A stretch of 63,462 bases of DNA, the filler included, from Stramenopiles sp. TOSAG23-3 (taxonomy: Eukaryota), in NCBI GenBank assembly GCA_900128585.1. It is 9 parts of 9 records of this genome, joined end to end, with 100 filler letters (N's around TTAATTAATTAA, not from the genome) between each part and the next. Parts side by side here need not be neighbours in the genome. Positions count along the whole stretch, not along the records: positions 1 to 9,688 come from LT642892.1; positions 9,789 to 19,457 come from LT642893.1; 7 more parts are not named here. One strand, given 5' to 3'. The notes under the pieces were generated by a model that was not told where the DNA came from, made no database searches, and worked only from the letters and a program-made list of their open reading frames with translations. The translations under genes were made by a program, and so were the position numbers. Shown piece by piece: positions 1 through 10,215 of the stretch; position 1 is the first letter of the stretch, and each line of letters begins with the position of its first letter.

Positions 1-340
1 TTTATTTATTACCTCCTTTCAAAAAGAACAACAACAAAAGTTCTTCTTCACAACCAAACAACAACACCAAGAAGAAGAAAGAGAGAAGAAGAAAAAAAAA
101 AGTGAAGACAAAAAAAATAAAATAAAATAGATCGCGTTGAAGTACGTCCTCATATAAGATAAAGAATTTTAAGGAACATATAAAAACGTTAGGATATTTT
201 AACTCTGTATCGATAATTATTATACAAAATACTGTTTTAATTTATTTAAATCCTTACTTATGATAAATGGTAAAAAAGAAAAATATAGTGTAATAAGTAC
301 ATATACCTATATAATATTCAATTTAGGGTACTTTCTTCAG

Positions 341-1837
341 TCAGTCGTTCCTTTTGTTTTCCGTCAAAAGCTGAACCAACAAATCCATCTTCTTATTCAT
401 GTCCAGCATTTGACTCTTCATCCCTTTGATTTCTCCCTCCAAAGTTCTTACGTACAAATTCGCCCCTCTCCCTAGCCCAGCGGGTTTACCCAGGACCGAT
501 GACTGGTCAAAATCGAAGCTTGCGCTGCGTCGCACTTTCACGGCGCTGTCGAACTTTTCAAACAGCCCTTTCCCTTGCAAATCGCTGGTTTGAATGCGAA
601 CAATTTGTCCATCTTCTCCTTTGGACGGGTCAACAACCAATAGGCCGTGGTCTTTTGATTTCTGGTTGTCGGCGTCTTCAAAAGCAGCAGCAGAGGGCTG
701 CCAGTCGGCCAGGGCCAACACATCCATCGTTTTTGGTATGAATTGTTTCTTTCGGGAGACTAACTTGCCTAGGTCCAGCAGGCCCTCGTCTGTTACTCTC
801 CCACCGAATGCCTTCTCCGCTATTTCCGCTTCAAGCTTTCCACAGCAAAACAAAATGCTCGCCTCATCTACGATATTTACAGCAGTGAACATGAAGAAGT
901 CGCATTCCTGCTCCTTCTTTGCCGCAGCACACTCGGCCAAAATAGCCTCTCGGCGCTCAATTACAGGCTGCAGATCGACGCATTCAAGGGTTCCCCACCC
1001 AAAAGAACCTGCCCAATTAGGGTCGCTACTTTTGAAATCAAACTTCTTCTGGTCTCCACGAACCAATTCGGCTGGAGAAAAAAGAAAAACCATTTTGCTT
1101 TTTGCCTTGAACTGTTGCTGGGCATAGGCGTCGATGTCGTCCACGCCACAAACTTTCGCCAACGTGCTCACTACTAGTTTGTCGACGTCTGTCGTCGTCG
1201 GTGACTTAAAATTCAACGTGTCCGACAGAATCGCGGACATCATGATGCCTGCTACGCGCGGTTTAATCTTTCGCTTTTGTCTCATAAAGTTGTGACTTAG
1301 GATTGTAGACATGCTCCCCCAAGGCCGTATGTCAAAAAATATCGGAGAAGACGTTTGGACGGTCCCACTCTGAGTAGCGTGGTGGTCAATAATGCCCACA
1401 ATTTGTTCCTGATCGATGCACTTTGGGGTTTGACTCCACTGATTGTGGTCGACCAGGCATATGCGAAGGTTTTTTAAGTTCGGTATATCACCAATGTAAA
1501 CGGGCTTTGGGATTCCCCAGCGCTGCAAGGCCCATTCAATTTCAGTGTTCAGAACGCGCTGGGCAAGGGCGGGGGTTCCCCCGTACAGTTCGGCCGCCCC
1601 GATCGCTCCCGCAACGGAGTCTAAATCTGTGTTTAGGTGACCAACAAACACACAATCTTTAAGCATCCCTGTTAAAAACTCATTCGTCTGTACTTCATGT
1701 GGTATATCGTCAGACGACATGTCTTTACAAATAGACGACGCCACGTCATCATTCTCCCTGACTGCGCGCGCTAAGGGCGACTGGCGAAGCTTCAGTAGAT
1801 GCTTCTGAATAATTTGGTCGGTGGTGAACTTGGCCAT
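341..1837 (-). CDS. ppaC: Family II (DHH/DHHA2) Mn-dependent inorganic pyrophosphatase with N- and C-terminal extensions
   Basis: Motifs GHLNTDLDS, LVDHN, IIDHH, AILSDTLNFKSPTTT and VSRKKQ, typical of PpaC. First ATG is at 1837 (the ORF track starts at TTG 1858). Confidence 0.9.
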   Translation of the reverse strand: MAKFTTDQIIQKHLLKLRQSPLARAVRENDDVASSICKDMSSDDIPHEVQTNEFLTGMLKDCVFVGHLNTDLDSVAGAIGAAELYGGTPALAQRVLNTEIEWALQRWGIPKPVYIGDIPNLKNLRICLVDHNQWSQTPKCIDQEQIVGIIDHHATQSGTVQTSSPIFFDIRPWGSMSTILSHNFMRQKRKIKPRVAGIMMSAILSDTLNFKSPTTTDVDKLVVSTLAKVCGVDDIDAYAQQQFKAKSKMVFLFSPAELVRGDQKKFDFKSSDPNWAGSFGWGTLECVDLQPVIERREAILAECAAAKKEQECDFFMFTAVNIVDEASILFCCGKLEAEIAEKAFGGRVTDEGLLDLGKLVSRKKQFIPKTMDVLALADWQPSAAAFEDADNQKSKDHGLLVVDPSKGEDGQIVRIQTSDLQGKGLFEKFDSAVKVRRSASFDFDQSSVLGKPAGLGRGANLYVRTLEGEIKGMKSQMLDMNKKMDLLVQLLTENKRND

Positions 1838-2216
1838 GGCTCCAAAGTCAAACAACAAGGTTGACGTTCCCTCTTATTGTATCGGGTTTTGTTCCTCTGC
1901 ATGGGATCTTTTAAATACTGAAATGGTGTAATTTTAATATTAAAAATGGATGGGTTCAGTAACTATATCATTCCGTATTTTCTTTCTTCGTTGCAGAAGA
2001 AGAGGCCCGTGTATATGAAGAAGAAGTGATGGTGTTGAGAAGAGAAGCGGTTATTATTACCAGGTATTACCAGGAGAGGACGAGGAGGTCGGTGGTAATG
2101 TAATAATAAAAAAAGACGGGGGAGACTAAAATTAATATTTACTATCGGTTCATATAGTTGTATTTTATATTAGTCTATGAAGAAAATAATAAGAAATTAT
2201 CGGTCGCGTATATTTT

Positions 2217-3602
2217 TTAAGGAAGGCAAAAGGCGCGCAACGCCCCCTGATGAATCTGCATCTGTATAGGTTCCCTTTTCATCACTTCACCGTCGATAAG
2301 GACCATCCCATCGGTGGGTTCCAGCCTGAGGGCTACTGCGTCTGCGGCGGTAACGGTGTTTCCGTTCAAGTGATCCCCAGTTTCTAGATCAAGCAACAAT
2401 TTTGTGAACAGGCAAGGGTTCGCACGGTCTACTATTTGAATCGATATGATCCCATCGTCCAGTTTCGATTCTGGTGCAAACTTCATGTCGTACGATAGGT
2501 AAGTCAGTTGGGCCGCTAAAAAAAATTTGTTGGCGTTTAAGGGAACCGTCTTCCAGCCCTTATCGTACTCTTCTTGCCCGATCGGTTTGTTCAGGGCCGG
2601 CAGCAAGTGATTGTCCAGCCTCAGCCCCTCACCGTCTTTTTCAGCCCCATTGTCGGTTCCTGCATCCTTGCTTGCAGATTCATAGGGCAAGTAGTGCAGG
2701 ACACCGTTAAAGGTAGCGCAGGAACACCAGATCAGCTGCAACGCGTACACGGTGAACCGCAGCCCGCCGCAACAGCGACATTTTTCGCTGCCAATGTCGA
2801 CCTCCGAGCCAAACCCCCAACTGAGGGAGAGAAAGCTGTACATCTTCCCTTGCGTTTCGTTTTCAGCGACGGACAGGTCAAATGGTTTGTGGGATCCTCT
2901 GGCCACAACGAACGCCATGTTCGTTACTACTGTCTCCAAATCCCCCAGGTCCCCGCCCATTTTAGACTGGTAAAGAACAGAGCAGGACCATGCATTGCCA
3001 GATCCGCCGGGCACTAGGGCCAGTGGTATGTCTGCGACCAACCGACGGTCGTCCCGGCTCATCAAGCCTTGAACAACTTCATAAACAGTCCCATCCCCAC
3101 CTACTGCAAGAATACCGTCCGGGCAACTCTGGAGGTCCAAGCCCTGCGCGATCTCCGTGCCCTCTCCTGCTCTTGTTGTAACACGCACTCCGCCGCTGGC
3201 AGCAAAGGAAATATTTGCATGCTCTTCTAACAAGGTCGAGCAGTGCATTTCCCACATCTCTTGGGCTCTTCCTTGTCCCGATTTAGGATTAATAACGACG
3301 CACATTTTTCGTTGGTGCGAAGGCAGCCCAGCCACTTTCAGGATAGCGCGTTTTAGCCTCCGTGCTGCCTCCTCGCCCCCTTCGACCGGGGGAAGTTCTG
3401 CAGTTTTTGACGTTCTAATGTTTTTGACAAGGGGGTAGTGAAAGATGACAATTCTATTTTCAAGAGAAACTTTGCAGCCCACAATATCTGTCGAATCGAT
3501 GTTCTCAGATCGAAGAATGCGCGCGGCCAAATCGTCAACGGCTGACTCCGAGTCCCCGAGCATAATGTTTACCCGTTCAGTGCCACTTCCGAAGGACGCC
3601 AT
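2217..3602 (-). CDS. Sphingosine/ceramide kinase-like protein (DAGK catalytic domain)
   Basis: Motifs VINPKSGQG, GGDGTVYEV, PGGSGNA, WGFGSEVD..SE..R..G..RF and IDGE. Likely start MASFG at 3602; the ORF is open to 3719. Confidence 0.88.
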   Translation of the reverse strand: MASFGSGTERVNIMLGDSESAVDDLAARILRSENIDSTDIVGCKVSLENRIVIFHYPLVKNIRTSKTAELPPVEGGEEAARRLKRAILKVAGLPSHQRKMCVVINPKSGQGRAQEMWEMHCSTLLEEHANISFAASGGVRVTTRAGEGTEIAQGLDLQSCPDGILAVGGDGTVYEVVQGLMSRDDRRLVADIPLALVPGGSGNAWSCSVLYQSKMGGDLGDLETVVTNMAFVVARGSHKPFDLSVAENETQGKMYSFLSLSWGFGSEVDIGSEKCRCCGGLRFTVYALQLIWCSCATFNGVLHYLPYESASKDAGTDNGAEKDGEGLRLDNHLLPALNKPIGQEEYDKGWKTVPLNANKFFLAAQLTYLSYDMKFAPESKLDDGIISIQIVDRANPCLFTKLLLDLETGDHLNGNTVTAADAVALRLEPTDGMVLIDGEVMKREPIQMQIHQGALRAFCLP

Positions 3603-4287
3603 TTGTTCTTTCAAATAATACGCAACGCAAAACGTACCTGGATCGCAGAAGTCTTTTATGGAACAGCCTTTCCTCTTTACTTGCGTACGCACTAATCTTA
3701 AAATATAGAACCTGTACATTTAATTGCTTTAAACCACCTTTGCGAAAAAAACAGAAGCAGAATAGAAGTATTAACCTGGGTATTTTTTTATTTTTTAATA
3801 ATAATAATTTTTTTTTTATTGGTATAATAATATTTTTTTTCTTCGCGCGTAGTATTAATATTAATAGTAGAAGACGACGCATACGAGTACAGTCCTCGTA
3901 TTATTACAATATTAAAATACAGTAGTATGATAAGGGTTCCTGTAGTTCAGTAGGTACGGTACTACGGAATTCGAAATTCCTTTTTTTTTCTTCTTCTTCT
4001 TCTTTCTTTTTCCTTCCCGGGAGTTGTTAACAATGATGTTTAATATGTTGTAGTAGGGTTTAACTTTAAATTAGACGACGACGACGACAGTGTATTGTCA
4101 TTTATACCAACGTTACTTGAATTGGAAAACGTTTTAGTCGTCTAATAAAGTGCACAAACTCTGTGTGATAATTCTTAATTCTACTCTTATTAGCACAGAC
4201 CACGATTGAACAGGGCGTGTAATTTCACAAAATTGTACAATCGTAATAATATGGATGTAAAGACAAACTTCCAATTGAAAAAACTTT

Positions 4288-4848
4288 CTACTCCGCAAGA
4301 AATATTCTAGAGGCGATGTCTTTCACCATCCAATCCATCCCTTCTACCAACCCTTGTCCCGTCACCGCACTGCAGGGGTGAATTTCCCAATGGTGTTTCT
4401 TAAACAAATCGGAGCCTAAACAAAGGGCCTCCGCAATTTCTTCTCCTTTCAACGCGCCCGCCAAATCCTGCTTGTTGGCAAAGACAAGAAGCGAAGCTCC
4501 CGACAACTTTTCTTGCCCCATTAGTTTCATCAGCTCTTGCTTGCACTGTTCTAACCGGCGTTTGTCGGCACTGTCTACGACCCACACAATTCCGTCCGTT
4601 TGTTCGAAGTAGTTGCGCCAGTACGATCGGATGGTTTTTTGACCTCCAACATCCCAAACGTTCAGTTTGTACCCTCGGAAATCGAACGTTTGTATGTCAA
4701 ACCCGAGAGTCGGCGAGATGGTATCAATATCTTCCCCTTTGAACTTTTTCAAAATGGTCGTTTTCCCAGCGTTGTCCAGCCCAAGAACCAGCAATCGCAC
4801 CTCCTTCTCTTTCTCCTTCAATTTCTTCAATATAGTAAGAAGCCCCAT
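4288..4848 (-). CDS. ARL2: ADP-ribosylation factor-like GTPase 2
   Basis: [53 protein letters not shown] and NKQD; intronless. Confidence 0.96.
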   Translation of the reverse strand: MGLLTILKKLKEKEKEVRLLVLGLDNAGKTTILKKFKGEDIDTISPTLGFDIQTFDFRGYKLNVWDVGGQKTIRSYWRNYFEQTDGIVWVVDSADKRRLEQCKQELMKLMGQEKLSGASLLVFANKQDLAGALKGEEIAEALCLGSDLFKKHHWEIHPCSAVTGQGLVEGMDWMVKDIASRIFLAE

Positions 4849-5641
4849 GGTTTAAAACTTTCAACAATGCAATTCTGTTCTTTCGATACGAAATGCATAC
4901 AATTTATACAGTGTAACACGTTCGTTGTTTCGTTTTCGATTCACAAACTTATTACTTTCATTTCATTCGTTGCTTAGAATATACCATCAGACGACTCTTA
5001 CAAATTAATAACTAATAATAATAGTCCTAATAAGAAAGAACAGAAGAAGAAAGATGTGGTGAAAAAATAATTATTAATAAATTAATAATAATAGAAGAAA
5101 AAACAATTTGATGGTGTGATGATGATATTAATATCAACTGTATAATATTAATACGAATTTTTCAAAAACAAACTACACACTACACAGCAAAAAAACAAAT
5201 TAAATTCAAAAAAAAAAAAGAAAACGACATTTCATTATTTTTTTATTTTATTTAGTTTTTTATTTTATCTCCAGACTTACCAAATATAATACCTTGGTGC
5301 TTGGTACAGCATCGTAACATCCAATATAGCGGGTATAGTACCTCGTATATTAAAAACCCTAATAATAACAGGGAAAAAGGAGTTTCATAGTGAGTCCTAT
5401 TTCCAAGTAAAAATAATATCTATTTTTGTATTTACTAAAATATTTTAAAGTTATATATTTATTACTTCGTGGTGTTTCTTTTTATTTGTCGTTGCGTTGT
5501 AGTAGTAGTTCTATATAATATATATTTTGTGTATTATATAGTAACTTCGTATATTTATTTCACTCATATCTCATACATTTTATATTTTATACGTACTTAT
5601 TCTACTGTTAAAATATATATGTATTTAATTATGAAGGGCTA

Positions 5642-7249
5642 GTGAAAAAGGTAAACGTAAGTGCATGGACAAAGCGCCTGAAAACTCGGATCAGGTACGA
5701 GGTGTTTGTGGATAAAATACAACACTTGTTTTTTTCAATACTTTTGCTGGCCTATGTCCCCGTGTCGGGCAAGGTTATGAGACTTTTTAGATGTGTTCAA
5801 GTTGGGGAAGACTATTTTATCATGAGTGACCTGAAGCTTCAATGCTATACTTTTGAATACAAAGCGTACTTATCCATTGCTACGGCGTGTGTCTTCTTGT
5901 ACGTCACGGGCATTCCTCTCCTTTTCTTATGGTTTCTGTGGAGTGCTCGAAACGCTGGTGTCTCAAAAATATGGAGGAGCATTGAAAACAACGAAAATCG
6001 AAAACAATTTTGGTTGGCGCACGCAAAGGCACAAAAAGAAGCTCAAAACGAACTTTGGCAAGAGCCTAAGTCAATTTCAGAAGTAAAATCGATTATTCTC
6101 AGCTACATAAGAAAGCGGAATTTGCGGAGTCACAAGGCACAAGCACGGTTTGGTTTTATTTGCGAAGCTTACAAAGAAAAGGCGTGGTGGTACGAGTGCT
6201 TTGAATTGACTCGAAAACTGGCTTTGACCGGGGGAATTGCGCTCATTAGACCAGGAAGCACGACCCAAATTTTGGCTGGTTTGTCTTTTACGGCGTTTTT
6301 TAGTTACTTCGCTATGTACTTCAAACCGTACAGGAACATCGGGGATGACGTTCTCTATAACGTCTGCATGTTCCAGTTATTTACTGCACTGTTTATTGGT
6401 TTGTTAACAAAACTAGATGTCTCTCCACTTACGACACAATTCACAGATATACGGGTCAAGCCAGACGATCATGTGGACGTTCGAGCCGCAGCAGGGAACC
6501 CTTCCCCAGACGACTTTTTGCCATGGGTTGTGATTATTTCCCACCTGACTTGCATCGGGTTTGCCGCCTTCGCTGTTTTAAACGAAATGCGCACGGCCAA
6601 GTCCTACCAGCGGGCGCTTAAGCGACACGAAAACGAGCAGCGGAACCGTGTGCGCCAGACACTACGAAAATGGGCAAAAGCCCGGCGAATGGCATTGTTG
6701 GAACAAGCACGCAAGCAGCAGCAAGGTGAAAACACCGAGGAAAGTTTGGAAGATGCTACGCGGAAAGCGATGGAAAAAATGGAACGCGAAAAAGAACAAA
6801 ATGAATTAGAGAAGGAAATGCAGCAGTTGCAGGAACTGAAACGTTCAAACCAGCATTTGACGGAAGCGGATGATTCTAGTCTGACAGCCGAGCAGAGAGA
6901 GTTGAAAGAATTCCTCCTTGGTAGTGTCAATGAAGTTTCGCGACGCAAACAAGCATTGGCGAAGCAGGTGGAAAGAATTGAACAAGAAACCCAAGAATCC
7001 GCAGATATTTTTAACAATAATGTAGAGAAGCAGAAAGATCAGCAGCACCAACGCTTACTCGAAAGGTTGGCAAAACGGCAAAGTCAGAAACAAAAAGGAG
7101 CTCAGGCAATAGTAAAAATGGCGGTTAATGCGAAGAAAGCTAGGGCAAACGTTAGGCCTGGGAGTAAAACTAAAGTAATGCCGACCCAAAAATCTCCCAA
7201 GAGGCCGGCTCCTCCGAGAATGCCGAAAAAAAATATTAAGAAAAAGTGA
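5642..7249 (+). CDS. Multi-pass membrane protein with a long C-terminal coiled coil; 5' end unclear
   Basis: Several hydrophobic helices with YV.GIPL, FG..Y...WWYE..EL.RKL and KPY...D motifs typical of expanded protist receptor-like membrane proteins. No in-frame ATG near the ORF start. Confidence 0.7.
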   Translation: MKKVNVSAWTKRLKTRIRYEVFVDKIQHLFFSILLLAYVPVSGKVMRLFRCVQVGEDYFIMSDLKLQCYTFEYKAYLSIATACVFLYVTGIPLLFLWFLWSARNAGVSKIWRSIENNENRKQFWLAHAKAQKEAQNELWQEPKSISEVKSIILSYIRKRNLRSHKAQARFGFICEAYKEKAWWYECFELTRKLALTGGIALIRPGSTTQILAGLSFTAFFSYFAMYFKPYRNIGDDVLYNVCMFQLFTALFIGLLTKLDVSPLTTQFTDIRVKPDDHVDVRAAAGNPSPDDFLPWVVIISHLTCIGFAAFAVLNEMRTAKSYQRALKRHENEQRNRVRQTLRKWAKARRMALLEQARKQQQGENTEESLEDATRKAMEKMEREKEQNELEKEMQQLQELKRSNQHLTEADDSSLTAEQRELKEFLLGSVNEVSRRKQALAKQVERIEQETQESADIFNNNVEKQKDQQHQRLLERLAKRQSQKQKGAQAIVKMAVNAKKARANVRPGSKTKVMPTQKSPKRPAPPRMPKKNIKKK

Positions 7250-7286
7250 AGTCGGGAGAAGCAAAATGTGTGTTAATAATTGAATT

Positions 7287-7313
7287 AAAACAAGAAAATT
7301 GGCTGTTATTTAA
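7287..7313 (+). other. Conserved 27-bp intergenic element, copy 1
   Basis: AAAACAAGAAAATTGGCTGTTATTTAA, ~38 nt after the stop at 7249. Confidence 0.9.
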
Positions 7314-7438
7314 GTAATTAAATTTAATTTTAAGTGATAAGAATCTTAAAGAAGAAAAGAAATTAATTATACGAAAATCACTCTTCACTTTACCGTACAG
7401 ACACCAGTGGTAATACAGGTCAAGTGGATACATTGTTT

Positions 7439-8023
7439 TCACGTTAACTTATTTCGGGTAATAATGAACGCTGCACTGCCTCCATTTGCAGCCGGCGAGC
7501 TCTTGGTAACTTTAATGCCATGGCTCTCGCCGCCGACGGAAATTTGTTGAATTCCAGTGCCAACCTGTACAATACTTTCTCGATCCTTTCCCGCCAACTC
7601 TTCTTTCAATTTGAGGTTTTCCGCCACTAATTTTCTGATCCTCAAACGCTGCAATGAGGTCTCCCTTCCTAATTTCCCAAGATCCAAGTTATATTTCTCC
7701 TGCAATAGGGTATGTTGCTGCTGTAGATTTTCCAACTCCGCCGAGACGTTTCGAAGTTCTATTGTGAGTTTTTCCACTTGGGCAGGGGTAACTCGGTACC
7801 GAGGACTCGACGCAGCTGGGGTACGAGGGGATTGGAGGCCGCCTCCTTGACGGCCTCGTCCTATCGCTGCGTAAGAATTTCGCTTCTCTAGTTTCTTAAG
7901 GGAGTTCTTTTTTGTCTCTATCGATCTACTTAAATTTTGAATCTCCCGCTGCAGCTTCGAACACTTTTCATCAACATTCGCCGGGCTTGCAACCGAAGGC
8001 GGCCTTTCACGTGCAAAGTCCAT
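7439..8023 (-). CDS. Hypothetical coiled-coil protein
   Basis: 194-codon ORF from ATG 8023 with heptad-rich segments; GC-rich block bounded by AT-rich spacers. Confidence 0.65.
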   Translation of the reverse strand: MDFARERPPSVASPANVDEKCSKLQREIQNLSRSIETKKNSLKKLEKRNSYAAIGRGRQGGGLQSPRTPAASSPRYRVTPAQVEKLTIELRNVSAELENLQQQHTLLQEKYNLDLGKLGRETSLQRLRIRKLVAENLKLKEELAGKDRESIVQVGTGIQQISVGGESHGIKVTKSSPAANGGSAAFIITRNKLT

Positions 8024-8454
8024 CCTGCTGCCCAAAAGTTGGCGGACTAAATCACTTAGTCAAATACAAATGTTCGAAAACAACTTTTTCCCTCTTCTCC
8101 ACGAAACCAAAAGTACTGCTGTAGACGCCCTTGCATTTTTTTCACTACAAATGAAGAACAAATAATACGATACCGTACCGGTACATCAAAAGTTTTAGCG
8201 CCAGACTAAAATGATGATGATGAAGCTGGAGAAGAGAAGAAGGAGGAGGAGGTTTGAAAAATATAATAAAAAATAATAAATAGTCCTACCAACAGTATAG
8301 TATTATATTGTAATAGTATTACGGTATAATAGTAGTGTCTATTTAATAATATTTCTAAAAAAATAGTATAACTATATGATCCTAGGATTGGTGGGGATTC
8401 CCGCTCATAATACTAGACTAATAATTAAAAACGAGGATTTGTCCTTCTTCTTCT

Positions 8455-8522
8455 NNNNNNNNNNNNNNNNNNNNNNNNNNNNNNNNNNNNNNNNNNNNNN
8501 NNNNNNNNNNNNNNNNNNNNNN
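8455..8522. other. Assembly gap without linker (within-scaffold gap)
   Basis: Run of N lacking TTAATTAATTAA. Confidence 0.9.
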
Positions 8523-8654
8523 GGACTAGCGATTCAACCAGCAGGAATGGATTACTTCCTTTGATAGTGAATGGAACATAGTTGTCTCAATAAAGAGGAC
8601 AAACTGAGTGATTGATGGAGAAGAAACCACTTGTGTGCGGTTGAAGAATACGAA

Positions 8655-9311
8655 ATGAAAGCAATAATCTCTTCTCTTTTTGACAGACGACGAAAGAGGT
8701 CTTCAAGCTGCCCTACCTCGTCCAAACCGAAGGATACCGACGAGAACACGAGGAACCTGAGAAAAGCCCTTCTAGAAAACTACGTACGTACCGCGGAGCC
8801 TGTCGACCATGATGAAATTTTCTCCTTATCGATAGATGGTGAAGAAAGGAGTTATTCAGTACGACAATATGTAATCGGAAATCCCGTAAAACATTACCTT
8901 CCCGAGCACGTCTTTCTACGCGTCTTGTCTTTCCTTGACGGGAAGTCTCTGCTGAGGTGTTGTGCAGTCAGTCGTCAATTTTTTATTGCTGCGGACACCC
9001 CCTGCCTCTACGATGCGCTGGACGGCCTTTACGATTGGAAATCTGGGAAATCTCTCGTTCAGCACAGCATGGGGCGCTACGATTACAGGTTTCGTCACAA
9101 ACGGCGGTATTTGACAAAGGCCGCCAGGGACTCGCGTCAGCGCTTTATCAAGCGCTCAGAACATGCAGAAAATTTTGAGAAACGCTACCGTGCACCAATG
9201 GTACAATTGCCAGCATCTTTTACTGATTCGAGCGCGGAAATCATAGGGAGCATAAAACGTTCACTAACAGATTTAGGCGCATCGGCCCAGGAAATAAACC
9301 GCAACACGTGA
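8655..9311 (+). CDS. F-box protein
   Basis: LPEHVFLRVLSFLDGKSLLRCCAVSRQF matches the F-box consensus; first ATG at 8655. Confidence 0.75.
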   Translation: MKAIISSLFDRRRKRSSSCPTSSKPKDTDENTRNLRKALLENYVRTAEPVDHDEIFSLSIDGEERSYSVRQYVIGNPVKHYLPEHVFLRVLSFLDGKSLLRCCAVSRQFFIAADTPCLYDALDGLYDWKSGKSLVQHSMGRYDYRFRHKRRYLTKAARDSRQRFIKRSEHAENFEKRYRAPMVQLPASFTDSSAEIIGSIKRSLTDLGASAQEINRNT

Positions 9312-9583
9312 TCTTTTTGGCTCGGGCCAGCATGACACCGCCTCCAAGGTAGAAGTTGTTCCCCCTCCATTTGACGGATGGGTTATTCGTATCTCGACTC
9401 GAGAAGCAAGAGGCTATGAAAGCGTTCTGGGTACGTAGAGAGAGGCAGTCGCTTATTTTTTTTTAATTGTTTCGTTAGTTTGTTGTTGTAGCAAAATTTA
9501 TACTATGTTACTTAGTACGAGTTAAGAACTCTTAGGACATATTTCGACACACGCGTCGTTCGCGAAAACACGCGCCTTGCTCA

Positions 9584-9688
9584 TTACCACTCTGTCTCGT
9601 TCAGGCCTGCCTCCTCGCTCGAGGGATCATCTAGCACATTCAGCAACTTATCCAGGTCAAGTTTCTTCTTCTTTTTCTTTGTGTCCTC
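9584..9688 (-). CDS. 3' end of a gene truncated by the contig end
   Basis: Reads EDTKKKKKKLDLDKLLNVLDDPSSEEAGLNETEW* from the contig edge. Confidence 0.5.
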   Translation of the reverse strand, partial: EDTKKKKKKLDLDKLLNVLDDPSSEEAGLNETEW

Positions 9689-9788
9689 NNNNNNNNNNNN
9701 NNNNNNNNNNNNNNNNNNNNNNNNNNNNNNNNTTAATTAATTAANNNNNNNNNNNNNNNNNNNNNNNNNNNNNNNNNNNNNNNNNNNN
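9689..9788. other. Artificial contig linker N44-TTAATTAATTAA-N44 (also 19458-19557, 29224-29323, 38983-39082, 48728-48827, 58464-58563, 60131-60230, 61797-61896)
   Basis: Identical 100-nt spacer with a stop codon in all six frames; flanking contigs are sorted by length. Confidence 0.98.
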
Positions 9789-10215
9789 ACTGAATTAAGT
9801 AGTCTATGTAATACTATTAGTCTAAGTCCACTAAGTAGATTCTATTTTTTTCAACTTCATTTTAATGTATAAATAATCATGAATACAATGTTTAATGTTT
9901 AATAATGAACAAATATTCTTCTCCAAATAATAATGAGGTGGGTGGTTGTGGTGGTGTGGTGGCGTGGGTTGTGGGTTGTGAGTTTGTGATGATGATATAA
10001 TAATAATTAATAGTCGTCTTCTTCTCTATCATAATAATAATATTTAATAAAAAAATATAAATGGTAAAAATCAAACAAAACAAACAAAACAAACAAAAAA
10101 GATCGGAAGATGTGCATGTACAGTTCATTAAAGATTAAAACTGAAACGGTACATAGACGAGGGCTATTTTTACGCGTCGGATTTATTTCTCTCTATAGCA
10201 ATACATAGGGCAACC

